DNA of 63,017 nt, counting the filler, from Bigelowiella natans CCMP2755 (lineage: Eukaryota > Protista > Cercozoa), in assembly GCA_000320545.1 (NCBI GenBank). It is 7 parts of 7 records of this genome, joined end to end, with 100 filler letters (N's around TTAATTAATTAA, not from the genome) between each part and the next. Parts side by side here need not be neighbours in the genome. Positions count along the whole stretch, not along the records: positions 1 to 10,344 come from ADNK01000015.1; positions 10,445 to 24,541 come from ADNK01000231.1; 5 more parts are not named here. One strand, written 5' to 3'. Shown piece after piece: positions 1-11,394 of the stretch (within the stretch, counting starts at the first letter, position 1; each line of letters opens with the position of its first letter). The notes beneath the pieces were generated by a model. That model had not been told where the DNA came from and searched no databases. It worked only from the letters and a program-made list of their open reading frames with translations. The translations under genes were made by a program, and so were the position numbers.

Positions 1-114
<114 letters not shown>

Positions 115-186
115 CATATGTTTGTGTGAGTGTGTGTGTGTGTGTGTGTGTAAGCACTTATATATTTAATATGTGTGGTGGTGTAG

Positions 187-469
187 ATCAAAGAATGGTA
201 AGTACACATCCAGGTTTAGTTCCATTGGAAACCATGAGAAATCCCAAATAAAAGATGACGTGTTGTTTCCCCCTTTGAATGACAGATGAGGGTCCATGCC
301 GTGGGAGATGGCGGAGCCCTGTGGAAAGCAATGCTGGCAAACAATAGAACAGAATTCTGCGATCCGATGAATGCCGAGGACTGTCGATCTCCATGGACAT
401 ACCCTCCAGGGAATTTTTCCGCTGTCAAAACCGGAACGAGTAATAAAAAACCGCCTGGAGTTCAGGAGG

Positions 470-517
<48 letters not shown>

Positions 518-2510
518 TTTCTGTGTCAATATGCAATGTGAGAACTTGTGTAAAAGTACATTTTTTTTTATCTCAGCTAATGACCTTACCTTTTGCGAAT
601 TCTTTAACGATAACATTGGTATCATCGGCGGCAAATTGGGCCAGGTTGAAATAATGCGCTTCCTTTTATTACATATAAATTTCGTTCATACTCCTTGAAA
701 TGTTAAAATCGTCACCTCTACCACCTCATCAGATCTTTCAGACAAGGAACGGCGGCGCTGATTGGACCAAAATAGATACTGGGCGTATACTCGACCTTAA
801 TGATGTAGCTATATCGGAAAAAACAGGACGGGGATTAGCGGTCGGGAGGCAGGGATATTCACTTAGTAGCAATGATTGGGGCTGGCATTGGACTTTAATC
901 CCCTCACTTTTAGACAAGCACTTCAATTTCAACGCTGCATCGCTTAATCACAATGGCACCAACAGCGTCATCGTCGGTGCGAATGGTGTGATCCAAGTCA
1001 GCGTCGACAACATGACAAGCTACAGATCTGCGTAATAGTTTTAGTCATTAGTCCCACTTTTTGGTGCGTGTGTCTTTGACGAGGTGGCAATTTCGTTATT
1101 TCGGTTACCTTGGAGTTTGCCATTTTTTTAGTTCTTTTACTTCCGCTCCACTTTCTAGTCGCATAGACATTCCCCCTAACATAAGACTCTTCCTCTCTTT
1201 CGTCTCTGACTAGGAACTTTTCCGGGGCGGGGACAATCTTTCTGCGGGATTACGAGCTCCTCTCGGTTGAGTTCTTTGATGAGGTGACCGCTATTGCAAC
1301 AGGAACTGGGTGCCTCGTGCTTATGTCTTATGATGGAGGTATCAACTGGGTGCAGAAGAAGATCACATGTCTGGACAAGTCAGATACGGTGCTCTATGAC
1401 GTCAGTGTATGCGAGGAGGGTTACGGTGTCATCGCTGCACGTGATCATTTCTACTATACAAACGACACAGGAGAAACATGGGAGATGTCTCCCCAGCAGC
1501 ACCATCTTGATGTTAACCATATTACGGACGTGCAGATGATGTGCGCGGCCGTGTTTTGGACAAACCATACCCTTCTGAAGCAGGATAACTTCACTGAGCT
1601 AGAGACTACATATGTACGGATTGAGTTTACAAATATAGGCAGTAAGCCGCTCTGGCTGGAAGAGGTCAACATAACATCGGCCTGCAAGTGTGTGACAATG
1701 CATCCAGCTTCGACCGAGTACTACGACCCGATTCAACCTAATGAGAAGGGTGTAGTCATTATTTCATACGGGACTGATGGGTATACTCCAGGAACATACG
1801 AAGCACGTGTAAACATTTATCACAACGGCCCTACCCGTGTACAGAGGGTCGATATCGAGCTCAGGCTGCAGCATGAAGTGATATATATTGCACTAACATT
1901 CCTTCAGAAGTACTGGCTCGCGCTGATGCTTATCATGATCATCACCCTCATCGCCATATACTTTCGGATTAAGATGTTTCTCAATGCACGGCGTAAGAGA
2001 GAATACAATCGCTGGAAACTCAAGGCTTACCGTAAGGTTGCTCGGGAGGAAATATTTTGTCACTGCTGCGTCGTATACGGATGCGATTTCATCGGTTATT
2101 TCCACGCCTCGCACCACTCCTGGGTCTATGAGACTTCGCACAAACGTGCTATGGATATGGACTCCGACTCGGAGAAGGAACGCTCAAGCGACGACGAAGA
2201 TATCTCTGAGGTGTCAAGTGTTTCCAGTGACGAGGATCTCGAATCTATCGTTGACCGTGTCGACCCTCTTGATGATGTGACTGACGAGACGCCGACAGAT
2301 ACGAACACCGACTCTGATGACCGAAAAGATGCCGACTCTGATGACTCAGACTCCTCCTCCACAACAAGCAGCTCAGATCCTATTGAGGACGTGGAGAAGG
2401 AACGAGAGCGCAGGCGGAAGAATGAGGCGGAGAAGAAGAGGAAGGGCGTCGTCGCGGAGAGAATCACAAGTTCTGAAGATTCGGATACCGCCTCTAGCAG
2501 CACGGTTTAG
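187..2510 (+). CDS. 5'-partial multi-exon type I membrane protein: YCF48/BNR (Asp-box)-like beta-propeller repeats, Ig-like domain, one TM helix, acidic Ser/Asp tail
   Basis: GT-AG exons at about 286-439, 577-644, 733-1030 and 1213-2510. They read HAVGDGGALWK, NDLTFCEFFNDNIGIIGGKLGQ-IFQTRNGGADW, SYDGGINW and TNDTGETW (Asp-box), then FTNIGSKPLWLEEV..SACKC..IQPNEKGVVIISY (DUF1573-like Ig), hydrophobic YWLALMLIMIITLIAIYF and a basic stop-transfer. Confidence 0.75.
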
Positions 2511-2760
2511 ACAGAGAAACCAATATCCTAGTTGTGTGCACGTAGTGCGTCGCACTGCGAGCAACCACCTTTCAAACCCACAATGTAAATGAGTGATGTC
2601 TTCATTCCAAAGTTTCCACTCTTATATCTGGCCTTCATCCATTTCCAAATGTCTCTCCAACAATGTTCATCGCCGATTCGGTAGGTCATCCAGTACTGTC
2701 ACCAACACATCACATCATCTAGCATTTTCCATCCAGTTCAAGGCCCACTCTCTTAAAAAA

Positions 2761-5000
2761 GCGGAGTGAAGCTTCAGCAGGGCGCATTTTGAGACCTTGG
2801 TGTTCGTTGTGACATCAAGGTCCAGAGTGAGAATGCTGTTCATTGCAAATGTTGTAGTTGTGCAACGTCAATTGCACACATTCGATGCCGCCCGCTTGCT
2901 TGCTCTCATTTGTCATCTCGAAAACAATTCAAAAGTTGTCATTGGTTCGATTCATGCAATGTCCAGATGCACGTGCGTGCGATGCTGCAATCTGTGTTGC
3001 GGTGTTGATTTGCGATCACAATGCTGCGAGCAGCACGTCGCGCATCATCATGCATGCATCATTCACGCAATGGTCATGTGTGGTGCTGCATGTGCAAGAA
3101 TTCAAGCAGCCACAAGGAGTGATCATGCACAGCTGCGATGCCAGCAGCAGCAATGAGCAATGATGGTGACGTGCGACCTGGTGACACGCACATGCAGCTA
3201 TGTTTTTCACACACGACGGCGGCAGTAGCAGCAGTAGTGCGCGGATGCAGGCCATCAGCTGACCAGGTCCAGAAGTGTGACGTGCGTGCTGCACGACAAC
3301 GCACGACAATCATCACGCTAGCACGTCTCCATGCGTGTGATCGGACAAACGTGCGTGCGTGGAAGCGCGCAGTTTGGCGATGAGTGAGCGGCCACAACGA
3401 CGCGTGCGTGCCGAACACAACTCCGTCAAACCCGGCAACAACTGGGGTTTGCACAAACCATTGCGTTTTGCACACGCGTTCACTGACATCGTTGCAATTG
3501 GGCATTGGAAGCACACTGGAGCCTGCACGTTTGAAGTTCAAGTGTGATTTTTTTTTCGAATTTCAGCTTCAAAACCTCCAGGCGCAAACATTGCAAAATG
3601 CTTGCCACTTCTGAAACAGCTGGCGCAGTTGAACTTGCTGTGCCACAAGTTTTGCAAGTCTCACGAACACGTGCGCACACTGGCTTCACACCATTGTGAA
3701 ATTTCAGCACACGCACGCACACACCCGCGCGCAGGCGCGCGAAACGTGTGCTCAATGTCCTTTCAATTGAGAGGTCGTGCCGCCACTCGTCACAGGTTTT
3801 GTGGTGTGACGGAGACATCCAGGTGTGAACGCGCGTGGTGTGTGGTGTGTGGTGCGTTTTGTTTGCTTGCGTGATGCGCAGGGTTCGACTAGGTGCAGGC
3901 TTGTGGGTTGCACGCATGTGGGCTTGGCACGCGCCCACAAGCGGCGCTGGTGACGAGTGCAGTCAGCAACACGCACGTGCGTGGCAGTGCAAACCTTGTG
4001 CGCTCCGAAAGTGAACTCTGACCAGCAGTTTTTTGGCGTGTGTTCCAGTGTTGGCAGGTCGTTCTTTCCCACGTTCACGAAACAGTGATGACACCACACG
4101 CGGACCGTGGGACCGTGGGCAGCTCCGCCAGCTCCGTCCACAAGCACGGCTCGTGCGTCGCACTCTTTCACACTGCTGTTCAGACTCGCTGGAAGGAGCA
4201 AGACGTTGAACGGCGGACTTCCTCACTCAGTGACTCCGATGAGGGGAGATGGTTCGGCCTCCCGTGGTCTGCAGCTCCACTGGGAGCACTTCCACGTGCA
4301 CTTCTGAAGGCACCAGCTTCCACCGTCATCACTGCGACAAACGTGCAACATCAGGAACAGGAAGAAAGTGAGAAAGCATCTGAGCAAAGTGTTTTGTCAA
4401 AAGGATTTTTTTTGAACGACCACACCTCCAGGAAAGAAAAAAAGAAAGGAGGAACGAAAGAAAAAAAAAGGAACTGTGATGATCGACAACGTTTGCAAAG
4501 TGTTGAAAGAAACATGACAGACATGCAATGCACAATGTGCATGACACATGCAGTGCATTGCTGTGTCCATCATGAGCATTGCTGTGTCCATTGCAAACTT
4601 CGATGGTGAACTGACTCCAAAGCATTCCACGACACAGAAGGGTCACGTTGAAGCACGAAGACAAAGGCAATGATGAAAAACTGCACTTCCAAGAACGTTG
4701 CAAGACGTTTGCAGTGCACGCAGCGCAGTGCCTCGAACCAGCTCCAGTGAGGACTGACTGACAAGACCAGCAGAGTTTGAACGATGGCACACTGGCTGTC
4801 GTGGAGCAGTGTGACTGGCAGCAATGTGGCGGCGACGCAAAGCATGCACTTTGAGCAGCAACTTCCTGAAGGCCACGTCCAAGCGACGATCCAAGGTCGG
4901 GTCCCACAAAGCAGGACTTGGGTTTTGCTGGAATCAGAATCATGAAAAAAGGGCATGAAAAACAACAATCTCAGAGTGTGGCAACAAACTGACATGTCTT
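2761..5000. mobile_element. Degenerate repeat-derived island almost devoid of TpA
   Basis: 6 TA dinucleotides in 2,240 bp by manual scan; 4668-4892 is an inverted homolog of 49677-49909. Element class is not recognisable. Confidence 0.6.
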
Positions 5001-5573
5001 TACATTTGGGACAAAATGGGCACATATTTGAGACCAAATTTGATGAATGTTGGATGTTCACAGTTTTGAGCGGGAAAAATGCACTGTGCGTCGTCTGAGT
5101 ACGATGACTCGACAACAACAGCAACAACAACAACAAGATTTTGAACTGGTCACGTGAGGACAGCTATCATGACACAGGTAGAAAATTGCCTATATTTTCT
5201 CGATACGACGAGGCAAAAAGCTTTAAAATTAAAATCGATCGTCATCGTTGTCATCGCTCTTCCAGCAGGCAGAGATCCGTTCCCTGCAGGAGGAGGACGT
5301 GTGTGGAACGACGTCCATAATCATAGCAGCTCCAGACTGCTGGGCACTTAAAGGACGAGGAGGAGGTTTAAGCAAAGAAGGAAGCCGCACATCATGTGAG
5401 GATCAGTGGTGTTTTTAGTCCTTTATGCCGCTTATCTGTTATTTCGAGAGTTAAGAGAAGACGATCGGATGAAATACTAATAGCTGTTGGACATGTTTTT
5501 CTTTCCAGAGACTTTCTCAAAGCTAAACCTTTCACCATATAGAATACCACGCTCGGGAAAACCACGCTAATCT

Positions 5574-5844
5574 ATGGGACTGAGCGTGGTGGCGGTACTC
5601 GATGGGTCCTCCTCGTGCCACGATGGGGTACGATTTCGCATTCCGTTTCCCCAAAACCTTGAAAATGTTGAAGATGACAACGTGTCTTATCTCGAAAGTC
5701 TTATCTGGGTTATTGGGGATTGCCGATATGGATCTTACTGGTATGTAAGTTTACAGATTATGCTCGATGTGTCCGTGATGTGCAGTCATCTCGCAGAGCA
5801 CATTTGTCATATAGAAGCAACTCTGTGTAATGTTTTCCTTTTCT

Positions 5845-5894
<50 letters not shown>

Positions 5895-6050
5895 TGTGTT
5901 ACAAATATAGGAACTGCACTTCATGACCAGCTTATATCTCGTATGTGAGCACCACTTCGTACCCAGCCTCCAGATTCTCGGGAATAAGCTGGGTCTTTCT
6001 GAAGACGCTCAAGGGGCCACGATTATGGCAGCGGGTTCTAGGTAAGTTGT

Positions 6051-6139
<89 letters not shown>

Positions 6140-7262
6140 TATGGGTGATGGTCATCAGCCTACGGATGAAGGCGGTGTAGCACCTACTTTCTCCGCACAG
6201 CATAATTCGCAATATGACTAATTGTGAATGGGGACACACCTACTCCGTGAATACGATCCACTCTATGCTCTCACGACACATCAATGTTTTTACATTTTAT
6301 TTATAATGATGTGCTTGGATCAACCCCCATCCCAATACGACAACAAGTTCGCCGGAATTCTTCACTGCACTTATAGGGGTGCTGTTCTACGCCAATGAAA
6401 ATCCAGGCCCAGGTATTGCATGTTATCTTGGGTGAGTAGTACTTGCGCTGCTTTTATCAGCTTTCGCTGTTTCCGAGACATCGCTATAACTTGGGGGAAC
6501 GCTATCACACTGCAACTACACGCACATGCAAGCATTAGGGGCGTCGCCCTTCAACTACTTCTTCTGTTTTGCCCAGAAGCGCATGAGTCGCTGCTAGCTC
6601 ATGATGTACATAACAATTTAATATCTTCATCCGTTTCTCTTCAAGGTACAATCGTAGGATCTGCGGTTTTTAATGTGTGCATTATCGTTGGATCGTGCGC
6701 TTTCTTCGCGGGGAGACCATTGCTTTTGTCCAAGTTTCCGCTATATCGTGACTCTATAGCTTACTTATTCGCATCGTTGTACCTCCTCCTCACATACATC
6801 GGTACGTTCGCGCATTGATTGTCAGTAGCATTGGTTCAATGTCATAATTACTCCAGGACCGCTGCTGCTGCCTCTCCTGAAAAATGATGACAATGATGAT
6901 TGTGACCATGGTGATGACGATGATGGTGTGCGGTAGTTTCTGTTGGCGTTGTATTTTTTGAAGACTGCTGACTTGGTATCTGAGAATGCTCGCCAATGGT
7001 GATAGTCATTCTGATGTTGCATCATGTCTGCTGTGATGCATTCCTCCAGTGATATCACCGGGAAAGATGGAGATCTGGGAGAGCTTACTAATGGTGTTCT
7101 TCTACTTCGTTTATGTGTGGTTGGTCTGCTCCAGCGACATGGTATTTATATTTATGTTCTTGTTAATCCCGAGGGAGAAAGAGGAGAGGGATGCCATAGC
7201 TGCGGATTTCCTCGCGTCTCCTCGTCTAACACACATGCACAGAGAGCAAAAAGAAGTCCTTT

Positions 7263-7344
<82 letters not shown>

Positions 7345-7441
7345 AACGTACACACTGACTGCTACACAACAAACATGCTTGATTGTACGACAACAAACAC
7401 GTGGTGGGAGTATGAAAAATGACGACTCTCTGTGAAGATAC

Positions 7442-7475
<34 letters not shown>

Positions 7476-7759
7476 ATTTCAGGTCAAGAGATTCATGAAT
7501 CGCATATGTTGTTGCTGCCCACAATTTGCGGTCGGCTCCCATCCGTTTCAAAGAGTGAGCGGTGATGATGAAGGTAGGTAGGTGGGAGAGGGAGGAGGAG
7601 GAGGTGGTGGTGGTGGTGGTGGAGGCTTTTGTTGGTCATGATGATTATGAATATGATGATAGTGATGATGACGATGATGATAATGATGACAACGCGATGA
7701 GATCAGAAGAGATGAGTCGCCCAAGATGGTCCATAAACTCACACTCCGCCTCTCCCCCT

Positions 7760-7795
<36 letters not shown>

Positions 7796-8732
7796 TCTCT
7801 CTCCTCGCCCATAGCGCACCAAGACGACATAGAGTTGAAGAAGGGCAGTTTAGCGGCTGTGGAGATGGGAGAGATGGGTGGTTCAAGGACGGGGCGGAGG
7901 ACTTCATCATACAATCCCTTTCCTCCTCCCCATCTCGTGAAACGAAACGGATCAAACGATGCCACCGTAGGAGGGGGAGAGTTGTTTCATGGAGATGACG
8001 AAGGTATTATACTACTGCAAGCGGCGAGGAGTGTGGTGAGAGCAAGCAGATGAGAGAAAGGCGACGGGGCTATGATGAGCAGCATGGCGCTATCACTAAA
8101 TATACTCTTTTGCGACCATCATCTTAAAGTCATCGTAATGAAGTTTTGAATGGTGTGACGCCATCGTGCTGTACAGAGAAAAAAGATTACATCCCTACAA
8201 CTACCGAAGAAGAAGGAAAGGCGCACGCTATTCATGCCTTTAGGATGAGGGGCGGACGGCACCAAGGTATGTTTGCTCATACACAGCGCGATTTTCTTGC
8301 CTGCTGCTCCCTGTATTCATCTTTGTAGTGAGCTCATCTACGTCGTCATCATTGGTTTCCCTCTCCTTGACCTGATGATTACAGATAATGATGAGAAGGA
8401 GGATGATAGAGACGACGCCAAGACTTTGAACTCTGATGGCACACAGCTGGATGAGCCGTTTAACCTCTCGAGACAGCCTGGAGACCCACCACCGTGTGCG
8501 GACGATGACGTCGACGACGATTTGAACACGGAAGACGGTTGCCCCCCCCCCCCTCTCGTCGTCTGATGATGTTGTTATTACTATGTTGGAATATCATGAT
8601 GACGATGATGATGATGCTCGTGCTGCTGCTGCAGATAGATGGTGTACGGATGATAATAAAGATATTAGAAGGAAAACAACCACGGTTATCTGCCACTGGA
8701 CGAAGGAACTAACGAACAACTTACCTCTCCCT

Positions 8733-8773
<41 letters not shown>

Positions 8774-9095
8774 TCCCTCCCTCTCTCTATCACCACCATA
8801 ACCATAGAATCGAGCCCCCCCCCAGTCGCCAGGCAGATGTCGTTGTTGGAGCGCGGTGTCACCTCAAATTGCGGCGCTGCCATCGCATGTGTATACAAGT
8901 ACGTGATGAGAAAAAGAAGAAGAGGGGGGGGAAGAGGAGGAGCAGCAACGAAGAGCCTACCAATGAACACGATGATGATGACGGGAAACAACGATTACAA
9001 AACCACCACCATCACCACGTCCATCCTCCTCCCCTTCTACTTTAGACCAGCGGAGAAGAAGATCTTGAATGATCATTAGAATGGACGATTTTCTC

Positions 9096-9134
<39 letters not shown>

Positions 9135-9144
9135 GCATAAACAC

Positions 9145-9181
<37 letters not shown>

Positions 9182-10070
9182 TCAGGGGCTCGAAAATACC
9201 GATGGAGTTGCTTTTCCACTACACCATCCCCAACCCCCAATACTTCACATCGTACCCTTACTGTTTCGTCCTCACGTTTGTCGTTTCCGTCGCGTGGCTC
9301 GGCTTCATTACATTCCTGGTAATCAGAGAGAAGCACAGCACTCACCCACTTCCTAGATAGCTGTCAATCCAGTAATCTGTCGATCATGCAGCATGATCCT
9401 AGGAGGGGAGGGAGAGACAGCCATCTTTTTGTTGTAAAAATGCCTGTGCTTGGGGGTGGTCGTATTGGGATAATGTATGAGAATACGAGTCTCTGCTAGC
9501 AGAGTACATAATGTGATGATATGTTGTGATGATATGTTGTACTGCTGCTGCTCTGCCAAACGAAGGTGGTAGATCTGGCAGAAAAGCTTGGAAACTGCAG
9601 CGGCATTTCCGAGGATCTCCTAGGGTCGTCATCACAAATGATGATGATGATGATGATAATGATGATGATGAGGATATACATCTTTCCCTCTTCAGTTTTT
9701 GTTTAATTGGTCATTGATGATGGCGATAGATGCTGTGTTTATGCTACTCACCCACCTTTGAGAAAAACCCTCAGCACTATGGATGTGGTTAGTATCATGT
9801 GTAAATTCTTCTCATCGTCATTACTATCTTCATCGTCATCGTCATCCAACACCCACCATCCACATATCCCCACCTCCTCCTGCTCGTCCTCCTCATCCTC
9901 CTCCCCCTCCTCCTCCTTCTTCTGCCTCTCAATTTATCTCGCTATAGGCTGTCTGTGCTTGCAATTGGATCAAGCCTTCCTGATTGCATCAGCTCGATAC
10001 TCATCGCCATAGACGGCAAGGGCGATATGGCCGTATGCAATGCTCTTGGGAGCAACGTGTTTGATATCAT
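5574..10070 (+). CDS. K+-dependent Na+/Ca2+ exchanger (NCKX/SLC24, CaCA family), multi-exon, 3' end lost in gap, start uncertain
   Basis: Spliced exons give [56 protein letters not shown] (alpha-1 repeat) and LSVLAIGSSLPDCISSILIAIDGKGDMAVCNALGSNVFDI (alpha-2 repeat). Confidence 0.92.
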
Positions 10071-10293
10071 GTAAGTTAGTTTAAATTGCTGCGCTATTAT
10101 GGAGTATGGATTGATAACCACTTGGAAAAGGGGAAGGGGGGGGGCGGTGGTGCGAGACTTGGTCCCAGACGGTGCAGAATCGTGAGTGTTTCTTATTTTC
10201 CTTTTTTGCCTCAAAGTTGTTCACCTATTATTCGCAGCGGCTGCAGCAAGTTGCACGATGCCCACGTTCAATACCTGCGTTCATGCTTCTCCA

Positions 10294-10340
<47 letters not shown>

Positions 10341-10344
10341 CCCC

Positions 10345-10444
10345 NNNNNNNNNNNNNNNNNNNNNNNNNNNNNNNNNNNNNNNNNNNNTTAATTAATTAA
10401 NNNNNNNNNNNNNNNNNNNNNNNNNNNNNNNNNNNNNNNNNNNN
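10345..10444. other. Assembly gap spacer (N44-TTAATTAATTAA-N44)
   Basis: 100-bp N run with artificial six-frame stop linker. Confidence 0.98.
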
Positions 10445-10668
10445 ATATATATAGAGAGAGAGAGAGAGAGAGGGGGGGGCGAGAGATATACATATGTGCA
10501 TGTCTCTCTCTCTCTAACTGTTCGCTCTATCAATATCTCTCTCTATCTATGTGTGAGAGACAGAGAGACTAAGACAGAGACGCTCAAGCCGTGACTCAAA
10601 CATAGACCCCCACCGGAACGCGTCGCACTCGCACACACTCGCGCACCCTCCTGCACACACCCCCCACC

Positions 10669-10757
<89 letters not shown>

Positions 10758-10830
10758 TGGATGAAAAGTAGTTTATATGCATGAGGCAAGCGTGTGTACA
10801 GAAGGTTCTACTACTATTAGCTACTACTAC

Positions 10831-11394
10831 CCGTTCCGCTGCTGGTCTAAGTTTCAGAAACGACTTTAGCTTCTTTTTCGTTGCCTCCTTGTCAATCACA
10901 TCTAGGTCGATCAGAATTTTCTTGGAGCGTAGCTGTTCCATAGAGGGGCGCTTGCCAATCAGTAGCGCAAGATTCTCCTTCCTCTTAATCTTTCTCTTCG
11001 CATCGAGATCCACCTTCTCAGCTGCGCACACGCCCTGTTTGCCCTCCGAGATGATGTTGAGCGACATCAACTTGGATCGTGTTGGCCGCGCCTTCAGGAA
11101 TTTTTCCAGCCCGCCCTTTTTCCCGCCGAGCGTGGCGAAAAGATTTTTTGTCTGTGTCCTCTCTTTCAGGATGTGCCTCCTTGCTAGTTCTTTGCGATCC
11201 AAGCGGTTTTCAAGCTTCTTCTTCAGCACATTCTGAAGGTCCATAGAAACACGCTTAATGCTCTTCTGCCGTTCAAGTTTAATACGACGGCGCTTCTTCA
11301 TTTCCACTTCAGCCTGGTCCAATATTTTCTTAACATCCTCCTTGCTGAGCGCTCGCTCATGCCCCTTGCCCTTCTTCGGCAGTCCATGGGGTTT
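10831..11394 (-). CDS. RPEL-repeat (G-actin-binding) protein, main exon; partial
   Basis: Repeats LENRLDRKELARRHIL, FLKARPTRSKLMSLNII, IGKRPSMEQLRSKKIL, FLKLRPAAER. There is an apparent 1-nt frameshift near 11325. Confidence 0.75.

Noticed and set aside
2761-5000. CpG-methylation decay or fungal RIP as cause of TG/CA excess
   Set aside because: CpG is plentiful and TA is the missing dinucleotide; both known processes predict the opposite.
2780-5036. Similar short motifs gggcgcattttgagacc and gggcacatatttgagacc bracketing the first island as element termini
   Set aside because: Short, imperfect and in direct orientation; no target-site duplication could be supported.
2797-5136. Cys/His-rich ORFs as metal-binding proteins
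   Set aside because: Open in all frames on both strands and explained by absence of TAA/TAG/TAY; no family motif.
7024-9079. ORFs with poly-SL, HT, ER, YI, CV, D or S runs here and throughout
   Set aside because: Translations of intronic microsatellites or antisense shadows of real exons.
10389-10400. Recurrent TTAATTAATTAA palindrome (six copies in window)
   Set aside because: Always centred in a 100-bp N run; an artificial scaffold linker, not biological. Contig adjacency across these gaps is not proven.
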